Origin: Cyanidioschyzon merolae
Lineage: Eukaryota
Direction: 5' to 3' (one strand)
Assembly (NCBI GenBank): GCA_000091205.1
Contig: AP006490.2
Length of the DNA: 64,000 nucleotides
A program made the position numbers and the translations under genes. Under the pieces are notes generated by a model. That model had not been told where the DNA came from, made no database searches, and saw nothing but the letters and a program-made list of their open reading frames with translations. Positions 43,809-54,970 of this stretch are shown in pieces (the stretch's first letter is position 1; every line of letters begins with the position of its first letter).

Positions 43809-45779
43809 CTCGCGGAACATGCAGGTTTGATGCAAAGTGGTAACCGCTTCCCTTGCTACGAAAAACCATCTCGCAAACTGGAATTTTCTGGTTAGGTTCA
43901 ACGATCGCACGGACTCCAAAAACAGCTGACGACTGAGTGCTGTTGCCTCTGACCTGAGCGGCGCCCCGTTTCCCCTCCGGCGATGCTGGCGGAAGCTTGT
44001 ACTGAGACGCTTGCACCAAGATTCACCCCAGAGGCGCGCAGCATCTGCGACCAGACCGCAATAGCGCGTCTACAAACTCGAACAGACGGAACTAAGAACT
44101 GTTCGAAAAGAAGGTCGCGGGACACGCCGTCTCTGACGTCTCCGGGCGTAGCCGCCGCTACCCAGAGCGCACGCCGTCTGTTCACGCTAACAAGTCGTTG
44201 CAACTTGTGTATGATGCCGCAAACGGTTCCACGGCATTGAAGGCCTTTGGCAAAGGACGCGGTAAGATCAGCACCTGGAGCATTGCTGTTGAAAAAGAAT
44301 TCGCATTCCGCCCGGGCCTATGAGGAGCATTGTCCAGGAGACAAGCTGCGACGCCGGGTTCGCCACAAGACCCCGGCATTGAAATATGCTCTACTCGGAA
44401 TAATATTTCTGGAATACCTCTACCTGGATACCATTTCTGTGCTTGTTTGTATCTCTCGAAGGTATTCAACAAAAGGATACATCCTATGCACTGGAGAAAT
44501 GTTGAGCGAAGACATTATGCTGTTAATGGAAGTTTGCTACAAAGCGCTCGCTTGTCCAAGACAGTCATTCGAGCGATAGCAGGAGGATGAACTGCTCTTT
44601 TCGCAGTCCTAATCCTGAACGTCCTGCACCAGAACGGAACTCATGAAAATGCTATCTATGGGACTGTATAGTGGTCAATCCGCTCCACTCTATTCCTTCT
44701 GTGGAAAATGCTTCCGAAGAAGACAACGGATATGAAATATCCGCACCATTGATACGAACGACAGTGAACAATTGCTGATGGATAAAGAGAAAACCACGCT
44801 TTTTGGAAGACCGCTGCGCGTTCAAAAGCACACGATCGATTTCGTGCTGAAACGCGAACGCTTATATCATGCAAAGCTAATGATCGTCTCACCTGATGAG
44901 ACTTCATTCGGGAGGAATGGCATCTTTTTATGTGAGTCCTCCAAAAAAGGGAAACTGATGTTCGTGAAGAAGAGACAAGCGAGCATGCCGACAACTTCAG
45001 CATTAGCGGAGATTCTGCCGTGCGGTCGACTATAAATCGCCAAACGAACAGGACCATTGAATAATTCATGCTGCGTCGAAGCACTTTGCGGCCTGTACAT
45101 TCCACATTCTTCCGTCCTGCTCTTCCACAGCTTTGCTTTCCATGACTAAAATATGTTCATCGATTACACAGCTGAGATTCGTGCTGAGCTGCTCTTTTTA
45201 CCAACCTCTGATCCTCTTTCAAATCAGTCGAAGGCGCCTCCTTTTTCGAACGGCATTTCTACGCGCACAGATCGATAGACGACTCGTCCGTATCTTTGAT
45301 ACCCATGATCCTTCATAGGTCGTTCTCTACAGTCTCCAGCCCTGACCTGCTCTGCTGCTTCTCCGTGCGTGGGCATGTGGGAGCGGAGAGCCGCGCTGCG
45401 GTCCGTATGCATCTTCGCTATGGAAAGGTGGCGACGATGTACTCGAGGAACGCCAGATACGTGCAAATATAGAAAAGGCAAGTTTCGGTCCCATCGGCCA
45501 TCCAGCGCCTCCGAATTAGGCGAAAAAGAACGAATATCGAGGTTTTTGACTACAAAGATGCCACCACGCCAACTGAAGAAGCTGTGACCAAGGAGCAGAT
45601 CTCTGAGAACGAGTATAAAGCATTCAAATAACTTCGCGGAGAGCATTTCTGGAGCTCCTTCATGCTCTCTCGTTTAGAGGCCGGATAGCGGGAAGAATTT
45701 TCCAAGGACGACGGAGACCGATGGAATTTCAGTCTGTATGGAACTTGCGAAAACCTAAGCCTGGAATGAGCAACGAAAC

Positions 45780-46600
45780 CCGTTTCCAACCGTTCGGGGT
45801 AAGGGAACAGAAATGCATCGTGGGGCGCGTCGTAGCCGTCTCCGTAGGTCTTAATCAAGACGAAGGAGCCCAAATTCTCAACAGAATGCGTACGAATCCG
45901 TTCAATTTATCCAGGCCTCGTTATAATCGGGAGGCGGCCATGGTCACCACCCTGAGGCATACTAACAAAGGGATGACGGCTTCAGCATACGAGTCTCGAC
46001 GCTCTGAGCACCGCTTCGAGAAGCAGAGACGCCTTGCACGCTTCTTTCCCGATAGTGTACATGAACTTCCATGGGGCTTTTTCGAACGATGTATGGCTTC
46101 GGTACATAAAGGTGTGCTGGGGTCAGCGACGGTTTCGGGTGTACGGCGGTAAGAGGCGTGCATTCGCCAACTAGTGCAATAAGTCGAAGAGGAATACAAT
46201 GGATAATTCGCGTCGTTTGGCGGTAGCATACGGTGCTGGTCGTGCTGGAGCGCGCAATAGTTGCGCTCCTGCTCCTTCGACGAGAGCGCACAAGGAGTGC
46301 AGGAATCATCCTGCGCGATTCCAATCGATACATTCGGTACGACGAACACGGTTCATGAGTACGAGTACGCACTGAAACAGTTGGATAGGAAGAGAATGAA
46401 CCAGGGACAGACGCACGAGATGTTGTGCGGTCAACTGCATGGACGTCAGATGGAGAGGCAACCGATCACGAGTTACTTCCTAAGGTTTGATGCTACAAGC
46501 GGCAATGCGCAAAAGCTCATCCCGTGCCGATACTTCAGCGCCTCGATTGACATCCGGAAATGTATCGTGCTTTCGGCGCCTTCAGTGGCTTAGAATCAAG
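45780..46600 (+). mobile_element. Fanzor/TnpB-like element, family 1, copy 4 (highly degenerate internal fragment)
   Basis: The frame around 46195 reads RRLAVAYGAGRAGARNSCAPAPSTRAHKEC (copy 1 has QRLVVAYGARRWASKKRCAPSPTTRAYKEC). ORF 46261..46593 has IPIDTFGTTNTVHEY (RuvC-II IDEFRTT) and PCRYFSASIDIRKCIV (RuvC-III NRNFNAAINIRKC). ORF 45721..46152 has GRVVAVSVGLNQDEGA, which is RuvC-I-like. Confidence 0.45.
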
Positions 46601-46913
46601 CGAACGTTCGAGGGACTACTTTAGTATTGAGTATGAGCATTTTACTGGAACGCGTATCGCCTCTGATGAAAAGAAACAGTTGTCAGGAGAGAATGGACTG
46701 CATTCTAGACTGGAGGAAGACGCTGGAGCGATACGGTGCAGATATCCAGCAAAGCCACAGCGCCGTACCTATCCACGTAAAACGATTCTCCCAAGCAACT
46801 GGTAAACTATAATAGGGTTCTTTATTGTGCATAGCTGATTATATGGTTCTTTTAAGGAAGACTTTTCAAAAAAGGTTTGCAAACATCACGAATGTAGACT
46901 GTTGAATTATGAA

Positions 46914-48710
46914 CTAATCACCGATTTGCATGGAGATTGTCAAACAATCCGCTCCATCACCGTAAAACTGCATCGGACCGACGATACGATAGTCGTCGGA
47001 GAGGGCCCAGCTGTGCCGTTCTCTCTTGAAGTTCTGGAATATGGGACCCGCCATATCGACCACAGACTTGCTGATGACGGGGATATCCCGGCCTTTGCGG
47101 CGCTCGATGGTCATCATGGCGGTAAGCGGCACGCCGCCAACGTGCCACAGCTCAGGCGCCTGAGTCAAACCAGTTGCGCGGGCTATATAGCCATTGCATC
47201 CGTTTTCAACGAGACCTCCAGCAACGAGACCCAGTACATAGCAGTAGTTACAATCGAAATTCGATGGCAAGCCGCAGCGACCCTCATAGCCCAAAAAATG
47301 CGTCACCGCTGAGAATTTTCCCCGGTAGGTACCCTCTTGCTTGCGCTTCTCGAGTTCGCGCTCCACCATTTCCGCGACAAGTCGTTCTGACTCTATTTTG
47401 CTTACCTGCACATTGCCGTGAGGATCCCGGTCCATGCAAAGCTGAACCGCAAACGCAGATGGAAGTGAGCTCAGTAGCTCCGCGGATTCTTTGCTAAGCC
47501 TCTGGGCAATGCGGCGGATGACGACCAGAGACGCATCCGGATCGCCGAGGGCATTCGCCTCATCGGCTTCCTCGGAGGGATTCTGTGGTGCGTCTCCGGC
47601 GGCAACGCCGTTCCGCGCTGGTGCTTGAGCGAGCACTTCGTTCAGTTCTTGGATCAGGCTTTTGATATCGGGCATGAACTCGACGAGTCCTTCGGGCAGG
47701 ATAATGACACCGTAGTTCTTTGCAAGGGCGGCTCGCTCGCAGACCAGATCGGCAATTGTATCCACGATCATGCCCAAGGTTTGTTTGTGTGCAGCAACTT
47801 CTTCGCTGATAATCGCCAAGTTTGGATGTGTCTGGAGAGCCACCTCCAGTGTAATGTGTGAAGCAGAGCGCCCCATCAAACGGCAGATATGGTAGACTTT
47901 TTGCGCTGAAACGGCATCCAATGCCAGATTGGAGACAATTTCGGCATACAACTTGCAGGCAGAATCGAAACCAAAACTCGCTTCAATGTAGGCGTTCCGC
48001 AAATCGCCATCGATCGTCTTGGGAACGCCAACCACACAGGTCGTGCCACCTCTTGCAGCAATGTACTCTGCCAGTACACATGCATTGGTATTGGAGTCGT
48101 CACCACCGACAATGACAAGGCCGTCCAGTTGCAGACGTTCACAAGTGGTGAACGCAGCATCGAGCTGCTCAGGCGTTTCAATCTTGGTCCGTCCTGAGCC
48201 AAGCAAATGAAACCCGCCCTGATTGCGGTAGCGGAAGAGCGTCTCTTCTGTGATCTCCTTGTATTTGCCCTCGATCAGACCGGAAGGGCCTCCTAAAAAT
48301 CCAACTAATGAGCTAGAAATATTCCGGGAGGCTAAAAAGTCATGCAGACCGGCAAGAACATTGTGACCGCCAGGAGCAGGTCCGCCCGAAAACAGCACCC
48401 CCAAGCGTAGCGGTCGCCCGATGCTCATTGGCTTCTCACCGTCATGAAATGCGATCTCTACAATGGGCTTGTGATGAACGTGGGGAAACAACGCCTTGAT
48501 TCGTTCGTCATGGTCCATAGCGGACTGCGGTGACGAGGCGCGCCGCACCGTGAAAGCTCCCCGTAGTACCGGTGGGCATCGCGGCCGATACAAGTGCCGC
48601 TGCAGGGCGAGTGGCGTATGCTTCTCGACACGGATGCCAAGTCGTTTGCGCGATAGCTCAATCGCTTCCGGATCTTGCTCGTAGGGCAGCTTTGCAAGCG
48701 TCAGTGGCAT
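46914..48710 (-). CDS. pyrophosphate-dependent phosphofructokinase (PPi-PFK / PFP, long form)
   Basis: The 598-aa ORF has the PFK fold. GGDDS is present (LVIVGGDDSNTNACVLAEY); Asp in place of the Gly of ATP-PFK GGDGS is the classical PPi-specificity signature. Also PKTIDGDL, MGRSASHITLEVALQTHPN and LPEGLVEFMPD. Confidence 0.88.
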   Translation of the reverse strand: MPLTLAKLPYEQDPEAIELSRKRLGIRVEKHTPLALQRHLYRPRCPPVLRGAFTVRRASSPQSAMDHDERIKALFPHVHHKPIVEIAFHDGEKPMSIGRPLRLGVLFSGGPAPGGHNVLAGLHDFLASRNISSSLVGFLGGPSGLIEGKYKEITEETLFRYRNQGGFHLLGSGRTKIETPEQLDAAFTTCERLQLDGLVIVGGDDSNTNACVLAEYIAARGGTTCVVGVPKTIDGDLRNAYIEASFGFDSACKLYAEIVSNLALDAVSAQKVYHICRLMGRSASHITLEVALQTHPNLAIISEEVAAHKQTLGMIVDTIADLVCERAALAKNYGVIILPEGLVEFMPDIKSLIQELNEVLAQAPARNGVAAGDAPQNPSEEADEANALGDPDASLVVIRRIAQRLSKESAELLSSLPSAFAVQLCMDRDPHGNVQVSKIESERLVAEMVERELEKRKQEGTYRGKFSAVTHFLGYEGRCGLPSNFDCNYCYVLGLVAGGLVENGCNGYIARATGLTQAPELWHVGGVPLTAMMTIERRKGRDIPVISKSVVDMAGPIFQNFKRERHSWALSDDYRIVGPMQFYGDGADCLTISMQIGD

Positions 48711-49379
48711 TTTTAGAGATCCGTCGCTTGAGAAACAAAGGAACGCGGCACACTATGAAATCCGGCTACTTGGAAGTGCGGATACGAACGATCAAGCGTG
48801 CAGAGAGATAGATCGGTGCGCTGCAGAGCTGATCCACGCTTCTCGGAAGTGCTGAAACAAAAGATCAAGCGTACGATGAACCAGATCACTGCCTCGCGGA
48901 CCTGATACACGCACAACTAGCCAGATCGAGCGCTACTCAAGTTCTGCACAGCCGTTGACTCTTCCAGTACCTTGGAGACACCAGGTTTTCAAAGCGCTAA
49001 CAAAGTTGCAGTTTAGCAGATCTGAAGAAGATCACAAAATCTCTCAACAAACGTATTCGAATCAGGATTACCAGGAAAAAACTGGTCACCGATAAGTCAC
49101 GATTCCGCGTACCAGGTGTGGCGTTCACGAATCCGTATCTATTGTATGCGCTGCTGCGGCGTCATCGCCGAGTGGCATCTCGCCGTTCGGTGAGGGATTC
49201 GTGGAGGCGTAGCGGTGGACGCCTGCGCTCGCCGCGCCTCATCGTGCGGCCTCCAGAGCGCATTCGATTCGCGATGCTCTGCGGCGTGTTTTGATTCTCT
49301 TCCGATGGACAGAGCGTCGTCGCCATTGACCATGGATTCCAGCTTGCGGGATGGATATTTTCATTCGGGAAAGCGTGCA

Positions 49380-49580
49380 TCATGCTGCTGCACCCGACCT
49401 CCAAATTCCATTATTTATACTTGCTTTCGGGTGTACTGGTCGTTTTGTACGTTCCATCGTGTGCCGAGAACTTGACTGCACCCGCCTTAACGCTTATACC
49501 GCCGGAGCAGATGCATCACGGAGGCAGAACAGCGTTGCCATACCGCTGAGGGCGTCGGCTCGAGGCGTGGTGCAACTGAC
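49380..49580 (+). repeat. dispersed repeat (family 4), copy of 27090-27300
   Basis: See the 27090-27300 entry. ORF 49351..49689 reads PLFILAFGCTGRFVRSIVC...ASRRQNSVAIPLRASARGVV. ORF 27056.. reads PILLLGYTGRFVRPIVC...AARRQNGVAVPQSASARGLI. Confidence 0.55.
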
Positions 49581-50159
49581 TTGGAATCTGGATTCAATAT
49601 CATTCTGGGCTCCTGAAAGTTGTGCTGATAGACCTACTGCCTGCGGCAGCGCGAAGCGATACACTAGGAGTCCACTGCGAACAGTGTGACGCTTAGGCGC
49701 AGCCCATCTGCTCATAGTTCCTGAGTGAACTGCGTTTCGGACATGCTGCTCAGATCTCGCCACAGCACCTGCCTCTGAGGGAGCGTATGAAGAATTCGCC
49801 TAGCAGACTCGTCCGGCTCGCTGGACCTTACGCCTGTAGGGTAAACTTTCGACATTACGGAGAGCTTTTCGTGCTTTTAACGCTTACCGTAGAGGGGCAA
49901 GGAGATTGTTATCTCGTTTCGAGTTCGTGGTCAGCCACTGTTCTTTTTATGCAGCGCGGTCGAGACACGCACCACCAAACCGAGCAGGAATGAGAAACGA
50001 CGCGCATCTCGCGGTTGAAGGGATATGCGATCCTGATCATTATCGCGTAGTTCTAAATTACAAGATGCGTCCAGGCTGAAGCCATGACAAAGTATAGTGT
50101 TTCATCTCAATTGTTTTTCGACCATCAAGTCAGTGTATTCACGTGATTTTTCGGGGCTT

Positions 50160-52206
50160 TATAGCAGAAGCGTTCTAAATACGTTCGTTTTCAAAGATAA
50201 GAAAGGAAAAATTGGGGGGTGCAAGTCGAGGATCCTGGAGGGCCGGTATCGTCGGCTGCCGTAAAAAAAACGAAAAACAGAGCAGCATAAAGGGCAGCAA
50301 GACAAGACGAAGAACCAGAAGCAAGAGGCTATCAGAAACCGTGTCGCGTCCTCCTCCATGGGTGTTTGGGAGGCTTCTTCAAGGACGATGCATTTGGTGA
50401 AGGAGATGGATCGCGACGTCGCGGATATCAACACAGTCGAGGCTCCGGAAGAATTTTTTAACAAGACCTTCATCTGTCTCCTGATGCTTGACACGGGGGA
50501 AACGTCGAGGAGAAATGAGGGAGTGCACGCCCTCCACGAAAATCACGCCGAATTCCACTTCAACAAGACTAGATACAGGGGTGACGCGGATATTTATATT
50601 TACGGGGCCATCAAGTGCCTCATGAACCTGAAGAACCACTTGGCCATGAACGTCAAACGCTTCATGATACGTTCCATCTTTGCACCCTAGCCGGGCCTGT
50701 CTCGGAAAGAGATATGAGCATCATAAACGGCATCACGAACGATAGTAAGAATGAACAGGAGATCGAATTCGTCGACAAGAAGACATCACACAGGAGAATG
50801 AATGAAGCTTCTGTAAACCGTACGACTATTAAAGAGCACCGCGCGGCTCTGGGGCTGGTCAACCCAATAGAGAACGTATCAGATATGGAAAAAGATAAAA
50901 AAAGCTGTTCCCTTATACTGCGCTATGCCGTTTTTCTGAACCGAGAGCATGAACGCAAGGCAGTGATGGAGCCGGATGTGGAGCATAATGAAGAGTCGGA
51001 GAAATGGAAGGCTGCGCTTCCAGAGAAGCGCTTCAACGTCGTTCCGATATGCAACATCAAGTCGCATTTTGTGGCAATCGACTCCAGCGTCCTTCATGAC
51101 ATTATGAAGAGGATCAGTACGGAGTTCGATATAAGGAGGGAGGAATTTATTGGTGAAAACCCGTAGACTTACTGGTAAATTATATTCGACTTGAAGCGCG
51201 TCAACACGAGCAAGAGAAAGATTTTCAGGGCGACGATCGAAAGCGATGGAATCTCGGTATATGTGCACCCTGCAGGCGCCTAAAGGTAGATCGTCCAGTT
51301 CCGTCTTCGTTTTCGCACTTGACGGAGCAAGCAGACAAGAACGGGGTCCTGATGCGTACAAGGCACAGGAGAACGACTTCGTAGTCGGCGCGGATCTCGG
51401 GAACACGAATGTCATGACCGTAGCAGTAGCCAAGTGTGGGGAAGCTGGCATCGAAGGCAACTTACGACAAAAGGACATGCGTCTTTTAAAGTTCTCAATA
51501 GCGAGATACTACCGAGAATCGGGAATGGTGAATCCGAAGGGAAAAAGATAGAAATGGATCTCAGGAGTGAAGGGGCATCTGGGAGCGATCAGCCTGGTGA
51601 CTAGTCGAAGTGCGAACTTTCCAGCTTTGCGGGAATTCATGAAAGTTCGTGCTGCTCATGACGAGGAGCTGTGGAAAGAGTATACAAAGCCCCGGTGGGC
51701 TCGTCAGCGTATGAAATTGTACCATGGGAAGCGACATGCATTCTCCAATCTCTTCAACCAGTTGAGCGCTATCAAAGAGACCAAGAGTCAAAGGCTCGTA
51801 GTAGCATCCGGAGCAGGACGCTGAGCGTCAGGAAAAGGGAGCATACCGATTCCGTCGACTCCAGCGTACAAGGAGTGCGCACACCGTTTTGTCACAATAC
51901 TGGTAGGTGAGTTTCGAATGTCATGCATAGACCACGAGCTGGGGTGTAAAGTTCAGAAGGTCGAGATGGAAAAGTGCCAGCGGAGCGCTGAGGATATAGA
52001 AAAGCACGGAGAGCTGACAGAACAGGAAATGGAACGCAGGGCGCAAGTTCGAGGACGACACGCATTACTGATTACAGCCAACGAGCAGAGAAGCATGGAG
52101 TTCGTGAATCGAGACTTTGACGCCGCTACAGATATATGGAGATATGCGGTGCCGGAGAGGAGACTCCCGGCGCTGATGGGAGCGAATTTTCTCGAAATAC
52201 CACATA
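50160..52206 (+). mobile_element. Fanzor/TnpB-like element, family 1, copy 3 (frameshifted; 3' end truncated by adjacent family-2 element)
   Basis: The + strand ORFs 50358..50690, 50615..51166, 51246..51551, 51567..51824 and 51918..52220 are collinear with copies 1 and 2. The upstream block gccgtaaaaaaaacgaaaaac is shared with copy 2. Homology to copy 1 stops at about 52205, where the family-2 terminal module begins. Confidence 0.7.
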
Positions 52207-52220
52207 GCGAATGCATGTAG
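50358..52220 (+). pseudogene. TnpB/Fanzor-like RuvC nuclease remnant
   Basis: RuvC-I is NDFVVGADLGNTNVMTVAVAKCG. The zinc-finger region is SCIDHELGCKVQKVEMEKC. RuvC-III is MEFVNRDFDAATDIWRYAVPERR. A frameshift lies near 50650, and the reading frame is truncated after ...ANFLEIPHSECM. Confidence 0.7.
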
Positions 52221-52830
52221 CTAACTTAGGCGTGCTTTCTAAGGATTAGTTCTCTCCCTGCTGTCATCAACACCAGTCTTTGCGGGATGTTCCTGCGCAT
52301 GCTTCATGTTTCTCTCTCTTAGCTCCGGCTTGGGATACGCTGGTGTCTCTGTTCCCAGCAGTTCTGCTGCCAAGAGATATTGATCGTTAATCACATTTTT
52401 CATAGCCAAATTTCGCAATGTCCGGCTATTACTGACGAATTTCATGCACAGGTGCAAGTCGCGATCGACGCTTCGCTTGCCATTTCCATCGTATTGTTTA
52501 CACGACCTGTGCCGCCTCTGCACCTGTGGCAATTTGCTCCAGTCCGGCGTACCCAGATGTCGATCGAACCTTCTTCGATGGCTGCCCTGTGGCACGTGAA
52601 CACTTGCTTTAAAGATCGGTGCACACCCTTGAGAGGTACAGAAGGCTCCGCTGGATGACCTCCTACTTTTCTGTTCCAGGTGCCGTTGCTTAGGGTCATG
52701 GGTTTCGTCTGGGAGACACCCCTGGCAATTACCCTGTCCGCTGCATGCGTCATCGCGCGCTGCTCCATTCGACAGAGGATTCGTTGAACGCAATACTTGT
52801 CGTGGCGAAACTAGTGCCAAAAGGAGAATT
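52206..52830 (-). mobile_element. family 2 TnpB-like element, 3'-terminal fragment with conserved terminal module, abutting family-1 copy 3
   Basis: ORF 52239..52820(-) contains ...RSCKQYDGNGKRSVDRDLHLCMKFVSNSRTLRNLAMKNVIND, a Zn finger plus a degenerate NAA motif. The + strand 52208-52370 carries the conserved module (gctaacttaggcgtgctttctaaggattag...ctgctgtcatcaacaccagtc...cgcatgcttcatgtttctctctcttagctccggcttggg). Confidence 0.55.
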
Positions 52831-53199
52831 CATGTTGGAGAAAACGATGAGCGTTTTCGATCCGTTGACGCCCCGACGTGCAAAGCTATGACGCACGCGT
52901 CACTGGAAGTGATCGCTGCGATGACTGATGACTATGCCCAAGACCCTTTTCCATGCAAACAGAAGAGAGGAGAGCCTCTGGGAGCAGATCCTGCGAGATG
53001 TATCATGTTTTTGTCGAATGTCGTTTCTTCTGTGACCATAAAGAAAGAAAGATTCGTATTTTGAACGAAATGGATTATTTGGCGTGAAAGGCTAAGTGAA
53101 CTTTTGGTATAAACTTGCGAACAAGTCTTCAGGAGACCACAACGTCGAATGTTTTTCGCTCGTCGATCCACCTGCTCGAATTGTGACGCCACGAGTTGC

Positions 53200-53470
53200 T
53201 TGGAAACACCAAGATCGATAACTTGAAGCATGCGTGAATTGAACATGCCGCACGTAATGAAAGGAGGAGAACGCAACCTTGCACTTCTGAACTGGATGAT
53301 TTTTTTCGATTCTTTTACGAGCCCTCGTTCGAGGGCATCGCGTATCACTTTGGTTTCGGTGACGTGACGAATTCCATCGACAAAAAGATTCGAGAGCGTT
53401 TTGCCCGATAAACAAGCGAGAATCCTAAGACTTCCTCTGAACCCATACGCCCTCATTACTGTGCTGTGAG
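53200..53470. repeat. dispersed repeat (family 3), copy of 11560-11800
   Basis: See the 11560-11800 entry. The shared coding remnant reads LFVDGIRHVTETKVIRDALERGLVKESKKIIQFRSARL in minus-strand ORF 52932..53486. Confidence 0.5.
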
Positions 53471-54970
53471 TGTCGAGGCAGCGCATCTACAAAACCTGAG
53501 AAAAAAGAAATCTTAGGGTAGGAACAGAGCGCGCAGCTCACTTTTCTATTTCTTTACTGAAACGAGTCTAAAAGTCCATGAAGGACCGTGTGCCCGAAAG
53601 AGAAAACCGTCCCGAGTCTGCGTTGCTCGCTGATGTCGTGATTGAAACTCGATGCTAGACGTATTCTTTACTTACGAGATTTTCCAAATGAGCCCATTCC
53701 AGAAACCTGTTGGTGGCTGCTCGATTTCTAGAGCCAGCTTGTGCACGCTGGCGGCCACCAGGTACAGGAAGAGCTAAACGCAGACTTGAAAAATAGGCCG
53801 CTCGGCAAGCAGGTGCCAACTGGCCAACGTAGCGCCCTAAGCTGCTTTGTAGTCGCACCTAACCATTCCATGCAGGATCGCAGAGGATGCAATTCATCGA
53901 TAGCTCTCCACCGTTGCGTGAGCATGCTTCCAATTCAACAACACGCTGGTATCACATCGGATCCATATACTGCATGCAGTTTTGCGAAGCATGCATCGAA
54001 CGAATGCATCGCTATCGATCCTATATACATTTTTGCATTTTCATACTCGTTTGTACTCCGTTTCGTGTTGTCCATGCGCTCATTTCCAGATTCTCGTCAA
54101 TTATCCTGGGTATTCGCAGATGGTGCAAGTCAGCGAGCATCCTGCAGCTGCCCCAAGTGAGATGCATTCTGTGAGCTCCTGGGTCCGAGTCTTCAAAATT
54201 ACATTGCTGACGGTTTCACTGCCAGAAAAATTATCTTCCGAATATTGACCGATCCTCAATTGCCACGGGAACATATCCACGCTCGCCGACAACGGGTCTA
54301 CTTGCGTAAGAGCAGGATCAGGCCGTGTATACACATCCGAGGATACCGTGCGAGCGCTCCAGTGAGCCGTACACCAAGTGTCTCTGTTCCGTGATATACG
54401 GTTAGCTCTAAACCGCAGTTCTGCCTCTATCGATGCGGTAATATGAACTTGAAACAGTCCTCCAGTAGACTTTTGCGGCAGAAACAAAGTAATCTATGCA
54501 GAAGCGTTTTTTTGCCCCGGAAACGCTTCTGAATAGTCGTTAGGCGTGATCGTCATCCGCTGAGGATGCAAACGCCTATCCGTAGACATCGTCTGACTTG
54601 AGTGCAAAACTCAAGCACGGCAGCACCATAACTTTGTGAACCTCAACAGGTCCCGCGCTTTGAGACACGCAGCCTGCACGCGTGTCGCCGACTCCACTCG
54701 AGCGCTGCTCGGCATATCGGGTGTTTTCAGCAGTCTCACAGGTCTTCTAAACACACCCCACACGTTGAAGAGAGGGCTCGCTGCCCTTTCTTTTTATAAG
54801 CCAGTGATCAGCGCTTGCCCCCGCAAACTACCTCGAGCAATTATCTGCAACGCACAGAGCGTACAGCTTAATGGACGGCCATTGAGATGTGCGCTGCGGC
54901 ATCGCTGTAGCCGCCTGGCAGCAAACACGCCGCTCGATGACGGTGGACTCTCGCGACTTGCAAACACGCG

